In this document: positions 1 to 8,190 of the stretch, in pieces
Position numbering within the stretch: the first letter of the stretch is position 1
Layout of the letters: each line of letters opens with the position of its first letter
Assembly: GCA_001914405.1 (NCBI GenBank)
Contig: MSDW01000001.1
Span: 1,599,498 to 1,623,497 of the forward strand
Reading direction: 5' to 3'
DNA length: 24,000 nt
DNA from: Candidatus Methanohalarchaeum thermophilum
Lineage (GTDB): Archaea; Halobacteriota; Methanonatronarchaeia; Methanonatronarchaeales; Methanonatronarchaeaceae
The notes under the pieces: generated by a model
The model's database searches: none
Seen by the model: only the letters and a program-made list of their open reading frames with translations
Told to the model about the DNA's origin: nothing
Program-made: the position numbers and the translations under genes

Positions 1-344
1 TCTGTTTTTCTGATCAAGTATTTGGCTAATAATATTGATATAACTATTCCTGCGATTAGGAAATAAATTAATGGTGTGATAAATAGGTATTTGACTGGTG
101 GAGAAAAGATTCCAGCATCTTCAAAGACTCTGAAGGTGGATCCAACGAATATAAATGGTATTAGAGAGAAAACGAATTTTCTATTTACTTTTATATCTAA
201 TGTATCCAGTAATTTTATGATTCCAAAAAAACATAAAACTAGTAGAATACCCCAAGTTAAAGTGTTTACTGGATTGTATCCTGAATCTTGTACAATTGGG
301 TTGATGTAGTATTTGTTGATGAATTCGATTAATTTGTCTAACAT
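1..344 (-). CDS. Integral membrane protein, DUF63-like (N-terminal part; gene runs off the window start)
   Basis: Hand translation of the minus strand from ATG (344-342) is open to position 1: MLDKLIEFINKYYINPIVQDSGYNPVNTLTWGILLVLCFFGIIKLL...FVGSTFRVFEDAGIFSPP. It is hydrophobic and helix-rich and resembles archaeal DUF63 N-termini as I recall them. It is absent from the ORF track because it is truncated by the window edge. Confidence 0.6.
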   Translation of the reverse strand, partial: MLDKLIEFINKYYINPIVQDSGYNPVNTLTWGILLVLCFFGIIKLLDTLDIKVNRKFVFSLIPFIFVGSTFRVFEDAGIFSPPVKYLFITPLIYFLIAGIVISILLAKYLIRKT

Positions 345-356
345 GTTTTTTCCCTT

Positions 357-361
357 GGAGG
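357..361 (+). promoter_or_regulatory. Shine-Dalgarno motif GGAGG, 6 nt upstream of the egsA ATG
   Basis: The sequence reads ...cttGGAGGaataatATG. Confidence 0.6.
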
Positions 362-367
362 AATAAT

Positions 368-1432
368 ATGGGTTTCAATAAATCTAAATTTATGGAGATT
401 CCACGAGATATATTGATTGGAACCAATGTTTTGGAAGAAACTCCTGATTTTTGTGATCGATTAAATTTTTCTGGGTCTTCTCTTGTTTTAACTGGCCCGA
501 ATACGATTGAAATAGCTGGAAATAGAGTTGATGAGCTTTTAATATCTAGTGGATTTGAATCTGAGACCCAAATAGTTAAACAAGCGACTAGAAGTGAAGT
601 AAATAAAATAACTCGGTCATGGAAGAACAGAGAACTAGATTTTTTAGTTGGCGTTGGAGGAGGAAAAACTATAGATGTAACTAAGGTTGTCTCAGATAAA
701 CTGGGGGATCTTCCTTTTGTTAGTGTACCTACTGCTACTTCTCATGATGGAATAGCTTCGGGAAGAGCTAGTATACTCGATGAAGAGGGTAATAAGGTTT
801 CAGTTTCTTCAACTACACCTATAGGCGTTATTGCTGATACTAGCTTGTTATCTGAGTCTCCTTGGCGATTAACTGCATCAGGTATAGCTGACATAATCTC
901 AAATTATACTGCTGTTAAGGATTGGCATTTAGCTAAAAGACTTAGAAATGTTGAGTATAGTAGTTATGCAGCTGCATTGTCAGAGATGACAGCAGAGACA
1001 TTATTAAATAAAACAGATTCGCTGAAGAAAGGCTTGGAGGAAACCAGTTGGGTTGTAGCTAAGGGATTAATTTCTTCTGGAGTTGCTATGAGTATAGCGG
1101 GTTCTTCGAGACCAGCTTCTGGATCCGAACATAAGTTCAGTCATATGCTTGATAGAATAGCACCAGAACCGGCTTTACATGGGGAACAGTGTGGAGTTGG
1201 CACGATTATAATGATGTATCTTCACGATGGAGACTGGAAAAAGATAAAAAATGCTCTTCGATCAGTAGGAGCCCCAACGGATGCTAAGTCTCTTGGAATA
1301 GAGAAGAAGTACATTATAGAAGCTCTGCAAAATGCACATAAGATTAGGCCGGAAAGATATACAATCTTGGGAGATAAAGGATTAACAAAAGAAGCTGCCA
1401 TTAAGGTGGCAGAAAAAACTGGAGTGATCTAA
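368..1432 (+). CDS. egsA: Glycerol-1-phosphate dehydrogenase [NAD(P)+] (archaeal lipid backbone enzyme)
   Basis: 354 aa. Motifs GVGGGKTIDVTKV, SVPTATSHDGIASGRAS and SGSEHKFSHMLD are typical of the iron-ADH-like G1PDH family. An SD motif lies upstream. Confidence 0.93.
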   Translation: MGFNKSKFMEIPRDILIGTNVLEETPDFCDRLNFSGSSLVLTGPNTIEIAGNRVDELLISSGFESETQIVKQATRSEVNKITRSWKNRELDFLVGVGGGKTIDVTKVVSDKLGDLPFVSVPTATSHDGIASGRASILDEEGNKVSVSSTTPIGVIADTSLLSESPWRLTASGIADIISNYTAVKDWHLAKRLRNVEYSSYAAALSEMTAETLLNKTDSLKKGLEETSWVVAKGLISSGVAMSIAGSSRPASGSEHKFSHMLDRIAPEPALHGEQCGVGTIIMMYLHDGDWKKIKNALRSVGAPTDAKSLGIEKKYIIEALQNAHKIRPERYTILGDKGLTKEAAIKVAEKTGVI

Positions 1433-1433
1433 A

Positions 1434-1889
1434 ATGGATGTAGAAGAAGCTGAGAGAAAAGTTACATTAGTTGGTAAGCGAATATCGGATGTAGGAACTG
1501 AATTTGTTTTTTATGGGTCAGCATCCGAATGCGAAAGCTGTGGCCTGAAAAACTCTTGCATCAACTTAGAAGAAGGTAAAAAGTATAGAATAGTTGGAAA
1601 AAGAGAAACAAATGAAAGAGAATGTTCAGTTCATGCTGGAGGAGTTGAAGTAGTTGAAGTTATAGAATCACCAGTAATAGCTACAGTAAAAAGCAATAAG
1701 GCTATTGAAGGATCCAAAATAACTTACGAGATGATAGAATGCAACAATAGAAAATGTGATATGCATAGAATCTGCCAACCCGAAGGAATAGAAGACGGCG
1801 ATAAATGTAAAATAAAAAAAGTAATAGGAGATATACCCTCAGAATGTGAAAAAGGACTAGACCTTTCTCTAGTTGAACTTAAGCCTTAA
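1434..1889 (+). CDS. UPF0179-family Cys-rich protein (function unknown)
   Basis: 151 aa. VTLVGKRISDVGTEFVFYGSASECESCGLKNSC..GKKYRIVG...CSVHAGGVEVVEV matches the archaeal UPF0179 pattern from memory. The start lies 1 nt after the egsA stop (TAA-A-ATG). Confidence 0.7.
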   Translation: MDVEEAERKVTLVGKRISDVGTEFVFYGSASECESCGLKNSCINLEEGKKYRIVGKRETNERECSVHAGGVEVVEVIESPVIATVKSNKAIEGSKITYEMIECNNRKCDMHRICQPEGIEDGDKCKIKKVIGDIPSECEKGLDLSLVELKP

Positions 1890-1890
1890 G

Positions 1891-2670
1891 TTATTCTTCT
1901 TTTTCTATTTCCTCGTCTTCATTTTCTTCTTCTTTGTTCTCTATTTCTTCTCTGATATCTTCTATATCTCCAATTTCTCCTTCATCAGTTTCTATTTCTT
2001 CTTTATTGTATTCTTCAACGAATCTTACCGTATTGATCTCTGTGTTATCAAAAATGTCTTCTGCGATCTGTTTCTTAGAAAATAGCCAGGATCTGTCGTA
2101 AGATGCTCTTTCAGGTACATCTATTTCTACTTGATCATCGGCTAGATCTATTTTGAACTCTGAAGTATCAGTATTACTGTAAAGAGATATTAATGCCTTA
2201 ATTTTTTCATCTATTTTTTCGATAACTTCTTCTACCTTGTATTCATATAATAGGTTTTCACCAGCTAATGGATGATTGAAATCAACTCTGACTCTTCCTC
2301 CAACTGTGCTAATTATGGTTCCTGGCTTTCCGCCTATGTTTACTCTTTTACCCTTTCTAGGTTCGTCATCATGTTTGTTTTTAAACTCTCTCTTTGGAAA
2401 TGCTCTAATTTTATCTTCATCGTAATCGCCAAATCCTTTTTCTGGCTCTACTTCGACTTCCATATCTTCTCCTACTTCTGCTTCTTCGATATCTTCTTCT
2501 AGCCCCTCAACTACATGACCTGCTCCAACTATAATGGTCTTAGGCCCGTAGTCTCTTTCTTGCTCAATTCCCTGTTCTTCAGCTACTTCTCTCACTGTTG
2601 TATCAAAAACAGTACCATCTTCAAGTTTCCCAGTGTAATTTAATCTAACAAAATCTCCTTCTTTCATCAT
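1891..2670 (-). CDS. FKBP-type peptidyl-prolyl cis-trans isomerase (long archaeal SlyD/FKBP type) with a poly-acidic C-terminal tail
   Basis: 259 aa. MMKEGDFVRLNYTGKLEDGTVFDTT...IIVGAGHVVEGLEEDI...NHPLAGENLLYEYKV. In the C-terminal 42 aa, 24 residues are D/E by hand count. Confidence 0.88.
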   Translation of the reverse strand: MMKEGDFVRLNYTGKLEDGTVFDTTVREVAEEQGIEQERDYGPKTIIVGAGHVVEGLEEDIEEAEVGEDMEVEVEPEKGFGDYDEDKIRAFPKREFKNKHDDEPRKGKRVNIGGKPGTIISTVGGRVRVDFNHPLAGENLLYEYKVEEVIEKIDEKIKALISLYSNTDTSEFKIDLADDQVEIDVPERASYDRSWLFSKKQIAEDIFDNTEINTVRFVEEYNKEEIETDEGEIGDIEDIREEIENKEEENEDEEIEKEE

Positions 2671-2772
2671 AAATCCTCACATTATTATTTTTGGTTAATT
2701 AGTTCAATCACCGACTCGACATTTTAGTGGTGACGAAGACTTAAATAGTTTTTTACATTAATCTTTTCTAAC

Positions 2773-3288
2773 ATGATTGAAGTAGAGGTAAAAGCAAAGT
2801 TGAGTAATAAAACTGAACGAAAAGTTAAAAATAAATTCAATTTTAAGAAAGAAATTAAACAAACCGATTACTACTTCAACCACCCGAATAGGGACTTCAA
2901 AAAAACAGATGAAGCCCTGAGAATACGAAAAACTAACACAGACACATATTTGACCTATAAGGGCTCTAAACTAGACGAAAAAAGTAAATCTCGTGAAGAA
3001 TATGAAATAAAGGTAAGCGATTTCGAAGAAACCAAAAAAATACTAACCAAATTAAGTTTTCGAAAACCTAAAGAGGTTAAGAAAACAAGGCAAGTATACG
3101 AAAAAGACTCTACAAAAATCTATATAGATAATGTCAAAGGACTAGGTAAATTTATAGAAGTAGAAAAAATCGCAAACGAAACTGAATATAAGAATAAACT
3201 CCATAAATGCATTAAATTAATTAAGGATCTAGGAATAGATGAGAATAATCTAGAAAAAAGATCTTATCTCGAATTATTAGAAAATTGA
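2773..3288 (+). CDS. CYTH-domain protein (class IV adenylate cyclase / triphosphatase family)
   Basis: 171 aa. MIEVEVKAKL start (the ExExK motif), DEALRIRK, LTYKG, REEYE, IYIDNVKGLGKFIEVE. Confidence 0.8.
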   Translation: MIEVEVKAKLSNKTERKVKNKFNFKKEIKQTDYYFNHPNRDFKKTDEALRIRKTNTDTYLTYKGSKLDEKSKSREEYEIKVSDFEETKKILTKLSFRKPKEVKKTRQVYEKDSTKIYIDNVKGLGKFIEVEKIANETEYKNKLHKCIKLIKDLGIDENNLEKRSYLELLEN

Positions 3289-3300
3289 AAGAAAGAAACA

Positions 3301-3933
3301 TCAAAGAAATCTTACATCTATACCCCTATTGATTTCAAGTACTGCAGCATCTCCATTCTTAACGGCACCAGGATTAATTATAACAGTCTCACCAATTTCA
3401 GTTTTCCCCTGAGCTTCATGTATATGACCTGATAAAACAGCAAGAGGCTCATATTTCTTAACAACTCTCAAAACACTATCACTTCCAGCATGAGTTCCCT
3501 GCGTAAGATCAACTGCACCTTTTGGCGGAACATGACTAATTAAGATCAAATTATCTTGATCAGGAACCAATTCCTCTAAGACCTCTTCAATTTCTTCCTC
3601 AGACCTCTCCCTAGGAGTATTAAAGGGCGTCGGATTAGAACCACCTAAACCAGCAAAAGTAAATTCCCCGAACTTTTTTCTAGAACCATCAACCAAACCA
3701 CTAACACTAGATAAGGCCTCTTCAACTCCATCAGGATCACAATTCCCAGGAACACCAACTATTTCTTTATTATAATCCTCTATTACTCCAATAACCTCAT
3801 TAGCTAAATCTACAGGCCCAAAATCCGTTAAATCACCTAATATAGCTACCAAATCAGTTTCAGGAGACCTATCCAAAACATCTTTCAGCCGTTCAATATC
3901 ACCATGTATATCCGATAACAACAACATCTTCAT
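3301..3933 (-). CDS. Metallophosphoesterase (calcineurin-like phosphoesterase family)
   Basis: 210 aa. LLLSDIHGD, ILGDLTDFG, GNCD, ISHVPP and SGHIHE are the canonical metal-ligand motifs. Confidence 0.85.
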   Translation of the reverse strand: MKMLLLSDIHGDIERLKDVLDRSPETDLVAILGDLTDFGPVDLANEVIGVIEDYNKEIVGVPGNCDPDGVEEALSSVSGLVDGSRKKFGEFTFAGLGGSNPTPFNTPRERSEEEIEEVLEELVPDQDNLILISHVPPKGAVDLTQGTHAGSDSVLRVVKKYEPLAVLSGHIHEAQGKTEIGETVIINPGAVKNGDAAVLEINRGIDVRFL

Positions 3934-4129
3934 CCAAAAGAACCTCCCAATCCTTTAAAAGAAATACTTCAAAACTAATGGAATCCTACCAATACTTAAA
4001 ACTACTTGATCACTCGACTAAAAAGAAAAAACAGCCAACAAACTAAAGGAAAAACCAAAAATGAAAAACAAAAAAAGAAGAAACAAAACAAAAACGGAGC
4101 TAAAAAAAAAGACCCAGAAACAATAAAAC

Positions 4130-4137
4130 TCACCTTA
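4130..4137. repeat. TCACCTTA, left copy of an 8-bp direct repeat bracketing the IS5-like relic (candidate target-site duplication)
   Basis: An exact 8-mer recurs at 5085-5092. The AT-rich background makes a chance match quite possible. Confidence 0.3.
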
Positions 4138-5084
4138 AAATCTTTTTTACACCTAAGAACTCAATTCAAAACTCTCCATAGTATTAGGATTTATACTATG
4201 TTGATGAATGCTTTGGATGGCTTTGACCAGTCTTTCATGCCTAATTGTTATTCTCTTGAAGGTTTTTAGCCAGACGAAGAATCTTTCAACAGACTTTCTA
4301 TCCTTGTATGAGTCTTTATCGAACCTGGTCGGTCTTTCCTCTCTTTTTTGTCTTTCTGTTTCTCCCGGTTCCTAAGAATATTACTCTTTGATGTTTCTGT
4401 TTCTCAGATAGTCTCTTATTTTCTTTTGTGTCGCAGGGCTGAGTAGGCTAACATCTCTTTCGGTTTTGTCCTCGGCCCAGGCTCCTGTTTTGATCCACTT
4501 ATCTCCTCAACTGTCTCTTTGAATAGCTTCGAGTTATGATTGTTGCGCTTCGGATAGCTTTATGGAGAGAGGTAATCTCGATCCTTTGTGGTTACGGGCA
4601 TGGATTTTAGGGGCCTCTTTTGTGTTTGTAGCCGCTGGTATCCTACTCTCTGCCCCCATTTTTTGCCTCAACCGCAGGTTGAGTCTATATGCTTGCCTTA
4701 TTCGAGTTCCATTTCTCCGTTCCCTGTATGCTTTTTCTTGAAGCTTTTTGACTATCTGTTTCTAGATGTCTTCCTCTTGCCATCTCTTCAGGCGTCTCCA
4801 TGCCGTAACATAGGATCCAATGCTTTCCAAGGCACATTTACTCCATTCACTTACAACCAGTTACTAGAACGTAAAGCAGTTCCATTAATTGTTTCGTTTT
4901 CCTGTTATCGGCTCATTGGCCTACCAGTTTCCGAGGTGACTAGGAAAAATAGGCTCTATAAACCTCTATTGTTCGTCCGTTGACTCTTTAAACCTCAATC
5001 CCATTTCTACAAAAAACTTAAGAACACAAGCTACTTATCATTTTTGAAATAAGTTTCTAAATTAAAACTAAAACCAAGACATCT
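4138..5084 (-). mobile_element. Decayed IS5-family insertion sequence (about 0.95 kb if the 8-bp repeats mark its ends)
   Basis: It contains the transposase relic at 4153-5004. It is visibly GC-richer than the flanks. Only weak terminal inverted similarity is present (AaATcTtTT / AgATgTcTT). Confidence 0.5.
4153..5004 (-). pseudogene. IS5-family DDE transposase pseudogene (about 8 in-frame stops plus a compensating pair of frameshifts)
   Basis: Minus-strand hand translation, N-terminus: MGLRFKESTDEQ*RFIEPIFP...AWRRLKRWQEEDI*KQIV, which is HTH-like for IS5. Middle: KIHARNHKGSRLPLSI. A frame-shifted stretch follows: NNHNSKLFKETVEEISG...PKEMLAYSA. C-terminus: KKIRDYLRNRNIKE*YS*EPG...FDKDSYKDRKSVERFFVWLKTFKRITIRHERL, the classic IS5 end. 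The stop is TAG at 4155-4153. Confidence 0.8.
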
Positions 5085-5092
5085 TCACCTTA
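5085..5092. repeat. TCACCTTA, right copy of the 8-bp direct repeat
   Basis: Identical to 4130-4137. Confidence 0.3.
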
Positions 5093-5454
5093 TATTGCCT
5101 CAAGAAGACCTTTTATTAATCAAAGATTAGGAGGGTTTTTGTATATGGCACTATTAGGCCATGTCGTTAATTTAATTGTAGTTGGATTTCATTCAATCCC
5201 TTACAGGGCAGGAAGATATGTAGTTCCGCGTTCGATTTAACTTCCTTGACTTTATGGGCTATTTGGCTTTGGTCTGTGTCCTGTTGGGAACTCATGTATG
5301 GGAGGGAGGAAGAACAGCTTTGAGGTTTTTTGTCCACAGGAAACGTTGAAGCTTTTTATATCTCTAATTCATTTAACTCTAACGGAGGTGAAAGGCCAAT
5401 TTTTTCCTCTATTTAATCAGAGATTGGAAGAGGGGATCTTCTTGGCCAACTAAG

Positions 5455-6390
5455 ATGAAATTTAGTCCAATTGCGTCTGAGAGCTTGGGTGTTAGATCAC
5501 TTTCAAGCTATGTTAAATTGAGTAATGGTACTTCTATATTGATGGATCCAGGAGCAGCTCTTGGACCAAAAAGATATGGATACAGGCCACATAAAAGGGA
5601 GTACATAGCTTTAAAGGAAAAATCCAATAAAATTTACAAGCTATCGAACAGAGCCGATATAATAACTGTATCTCACTACCATTTCGACCATTACACGCCA
5701 TCCTTTGAAAATTACTTTTACAACTGGAGTACAGAAGAAAAGGCAATTGATGTAATTAAGGACAAAAAGATTTTTGCAAAACACCCTAAAGAGAATATAA
5801 ACTACTCACAAAAGAAAAGAGCCTATTACTTTGAGAAAATATGCAGGGATCATTCCAAAGAAATCAATTACGCAGATAGAAAGGATTTCAAAATTGGTGA
5901 CGCTAAACTAGAATTTTCTCCACCAGTATACCACGGGCCTAAAGGCACAAAACTAGGTTTCGTAGTAATGACAGCTATAACCGAATCAAATAAGACTTTA
6001 ATTCATGCATCAGATGTTCAAGGCCCAATAAACACTAAAGCATTTAAATGGATAAAGAAAAGAAATCCAAATCTATTGATAGTTGCTGGGCCTCCAGAAT
6101 ATCTGGTTCCTTCTAAACTAAAAAAAGAAAAATACGAAAAAGCCCTCAAAAACATCCGAAATCTTTCTGAAAACACAAAAATACTTGTAGATCATCACAT
6201 ACTTAGAAGCAAGGAAGGACAGAAAATAATTGCTAACGAGGAAAAAATAATGACATTCGCAGATTTTCTAGATGTAGATAATAACTTCTTAGAGTCTAAT
6301 AGGAAAAAGTTACACCGAAAAGAACCCTGCTCAGATGAATTTTACAGAAAAATAAAAGATGGATATTACGTAGAGAACGACATAAAATAG
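5455..6390 (+). CDS. UPF0282-family protein (metallo-beta-lactamase-fold hydrolase)
   Basis: 311 aa. MKFSPIASESLGVRSLSSYVKL..ILMDPGAALGPKRYGYRPH...ITVSHYHFDHYTP fits the archaeal UPF0282/MBL pattern. Confidence 0.7.
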   Translation: MKFSPIASESLGVRSLSSYVKLSNGTSILMDPGAALGPKRYGYRPHKREYIALKEKSNKIYKLSNRADIITVSHYHFDHYTPSFENYFYNWSTEEKAIDVIKDKKIFAKHPKENINYSQKKRAYYFEKICRDHSKEINYADRKDFKIGDAKLEFSPPVYHGPKGTKLGFVVMTAITESNKTLIHASDVQGPINTKAFKWIKKRNPNLLIVAGPPEYLVPSKLKKEKYEKALKNIRNLSENTKILVDHHILRSKEGQKIIANEEKIMTFADFLDVDNNFLESNRKKLHRKEPCSDEFYRKIKDGYYVENDIK

Positions 6391-6602
6391 ATCTTATGAT
6401 AAAAAACACAGAAAATGTATCTAATTAAGGTAAGGATTGAAATCGATTTATTTATATAAGAAGATCCTCTTACTTATCTAACTTCTCTGACTTAAGCTTT
6501 CGAGTTGTAAACCTTTTTTAGTTAGATTTTTAAATCAATATTAACATATTCCTTAATTGTAAGTTTTGGATCTAATAAGGGGTTAATTGAGGCTAGAGTT
6601 TA

Positions 6603-7256
6603 TTGGGGCAAAAAATCAATTCACCGTGTTGGTACAGTTCTTTTGGGATAAGGGATTTTTTTCTGATTTTACATTTGCCTTTTACTAGTGTTGTAATTTG
6701 TTATGTGGTTTTAGGTAATTTAATGTCAGGATATCTCTTTTTTGATAGATTAATTTTATCTATTGTAACTGTATTCTGTTTTTTGGAGGGAACACATTTT
6801 TTGGATGAAGTAAACGACCGTCCGTGGGAAACAAATTTATCTAATAAAATGATTTATTTAATAGCTTCTTTATTTATTGTTTTAGGGTTTTTTACTGGAA
6901 CATATCTGTCAGCAGTCGTAAGTTGGAAACTTTTTCCATTAGTTATAACTGGAACTGTTTTTCCTCCACTCTATGGACTTGAGTTTTTTAATGAATTATT
7001 CCATAACTTATATTTCTTCAGTATTACATGGGGAGGTCTACCCTATTTAGGTGGCTATTTAGTTCAAGAACCGAAATTAGGTTTAGTTTCTCTAATGATA
7101 TCTTTTGCTGTATCCATTAATAGTGGAATAATCTACATACTATATCAAAATACTAAAAAAACTGAAACGAAAACTCTAGCTTGGCGTGTACTAAAGTTAC
7201 AAATCCTTTTTTGGAATATATGGGTTATATCTCTTTTACTAAACGAAATAATTTAA
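6603..7256 (+). CDS. Polytopic membrane protein (about 7 hydrophobic helices), function unknown; start uncertain
   Basis: 217-aa ORF opening with TTG after an in-frame TAG at 6594-6596. Strongly hydrophobic segments. One acidic patch, HFLDEVNDRPWE, follows helix 2. The N-terminal LHLPFTSVVICYVVLG is faintly UbiA-like, but no second Asp-rich motif is present. Confidence 0.5.
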   Translation: MGQKINSPCWYSSFGIRDFFLILHLPFTSVVICYVVLGNLMSGYLFFDRLILSIVTVFCFLEGTHFLDEVNDRPWETNLSNKMIYLIASLFIVLGFFTGTYLSAVVSWKLFPLVITGTVFPPLYGLEFFNELFHNLYFFSITWGGLPYLGGYLVQEPKLGLVSLMISFAVSINSGIIYILYQNTKKTETKTLAWRVLKLQILFWNIWVISLLLNEII

Positions 7257-7966
7257 ACTGGGTGTATGAATTGGAGAACTCTCAAGTAAATGATCTTTTT
7301 ACGAATATCTACACTAATTATGATACCTACAAAAAAATATTTACCGTAGGTCTATCCGAAATATGGGAAAATGCCGTAGTTAATGAAATTAAATCGATAG
7401 AAGGAAAAAATATATTAGATCTAGGAACAGGTACCGGTAGTATCTCCTTTAAAATAAAAAATAGATTTAATAAAAAAATTTATGGCGTTGACAATAACCT
7501 AAATATGCTTAAAATAGCTAAATCCAGGAAAAAAGATATTAACTTAGTAGCTGCAGATGCCGGAAAACTACCTTTCAGAGATAACTTCTTTGATGCAGTC
7601 ATAATAAGCTACATATTTAGATACTACAAATCTGAAAAAATCAGAAACTACCTAGAAGAAATATCAAGGGTCATGAAATCAGGAAGAAATTTAATTTATC
7701 TGGATTTTATGGTACCAAACTCATTTATCCTCAAAAATATACATAAATTCTATATAAAAGATTTCTTTAATCTAATAAAAAAGATCTCTCCTAAAAAAGA
7801 CCTAAATCAAACACTTGAATTTTTAACCCAAGATTACAAAAACTTCTTCCAAAAAAAGGATATAGATGAATTATGTGAATTAATAAATGATAAGGACTTT
7901 AAAAAAACTGAATACAGGAAATTAACTCTACAAACAGCTTTTATTATCAAAACACAGAAAAAATAA
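7220..7966 (+). CDS. Class I SAM-dependent methyltransferase (UbiE/COQ5-like)
   Basis: VNDLFTNIYTNYDTYKKIFTVGLSEIWENAVV (UbiE-type N-terminus), ILDLGTGTGS (SAM motif I), and DAVIISYIFRY. I prefer the ATG at 7220; the track's TTG at 7181 and a GTG at 7262 are alternatives. With ATG 7220 it overlaps the upstream membrane ORF by 37 nt. Confidence 0.8.
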   Translation: MGYISFTKRNNLNWVYELENSQVNDLFTNIYTNYDTYKKIFTVGLSEIWENAVVNEIKSIEGKNILDLGTGTGSISFKIKNRFNKKIYGVDNNLNMLKIAKSRKKDINLVAADAGKLPFRDNFFDAVIISYIFRYYKSEKIRNYLEEISRVMKSGRNLIYLDFMVPNSFILKNIHKFYIKDFFNLIKKISPKKDLNQTLEFLTQDYKNFFQKKDIDELCELINDKDFKKTEYRKLTLQTAFIIKTQKK

Positions 7967-8111
7967 AATTAAGAGAAATTAGATCCAAAAAAATTATATT
8001 TTAGGACATAAAAGAAATTTTCCTCCAAAACTCATTAAAAAAAACAAAAATACCATGGATCCACAAAAACCATAAAAAAGACTGAAACCTTTAAGCTAGG
8101 GATTAAATTGG

Positions 8112-8117
8112 TTTTTT
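8112..8117 (+). terminator. Oligo-T tract (T6), candidate archaeal terminator for the plus-strand methyltransferase unit
   Basis: ggTTTTTTgc lies in the convergent intergenic region 7967-8190. Confidence 0.3.
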
Positions 8118-8149
8118 GCTTATTCTGATTATATCAAATAAAGCATTAG

Positions 8150-8155
8150 AAAAAA
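8150..8155 (-). terminator. Oligo-T tract (T6 on the minus strand), candidate terminator for the minus-strand yjbQ...acnX operon
   Basis: The A6 run on the plus strand is T6 on the minus strand, about 36 nt downstream of the AcnX small-subunit stop. Confidence 0.35.
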
Positions 8156-8190
8156 TTGAAAAGTCTCAATTCTTTTAGTGTTTATCGATT

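Noticed and set aside
1873-2502. Plus-strand ORFs 1873-2085 (poly-F) and 2272-2502
   Set aside because: They are the antisense of the FKBP gene. The poly-Phe run is simply the complement of the GAA/GAG-rich acidic tail.
4006-4983. Plus-strand ORFs 4006-4269 (Lys-rich) and 4588-4983
   Set aside because: The first reads through an A-rich tract and the antisense of the IS5 transposase C-terminus. The second is antisense to the transposase relic. Neither shows protein-like motifs.
4153-5004. Possibility that TAG is recoded (for example as Trp) because two TAGs fall at conserved Trp positions of the transposase
   Set aside because: TAG, TAA and TGA all terminate well-supported host genes in this window; for example, the UPF0282 gene ends in TAG. 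The relic also carries TAA stops and frameshifts. Ordinary TGG>TAG decay is the simpler explanation.
6434-6444. GGATTGAAATC resembling the 3' end of a CRISPR repeat
   Set aside because: It occurs only once, with no repeat-spacer periodicity anywhere in the window.
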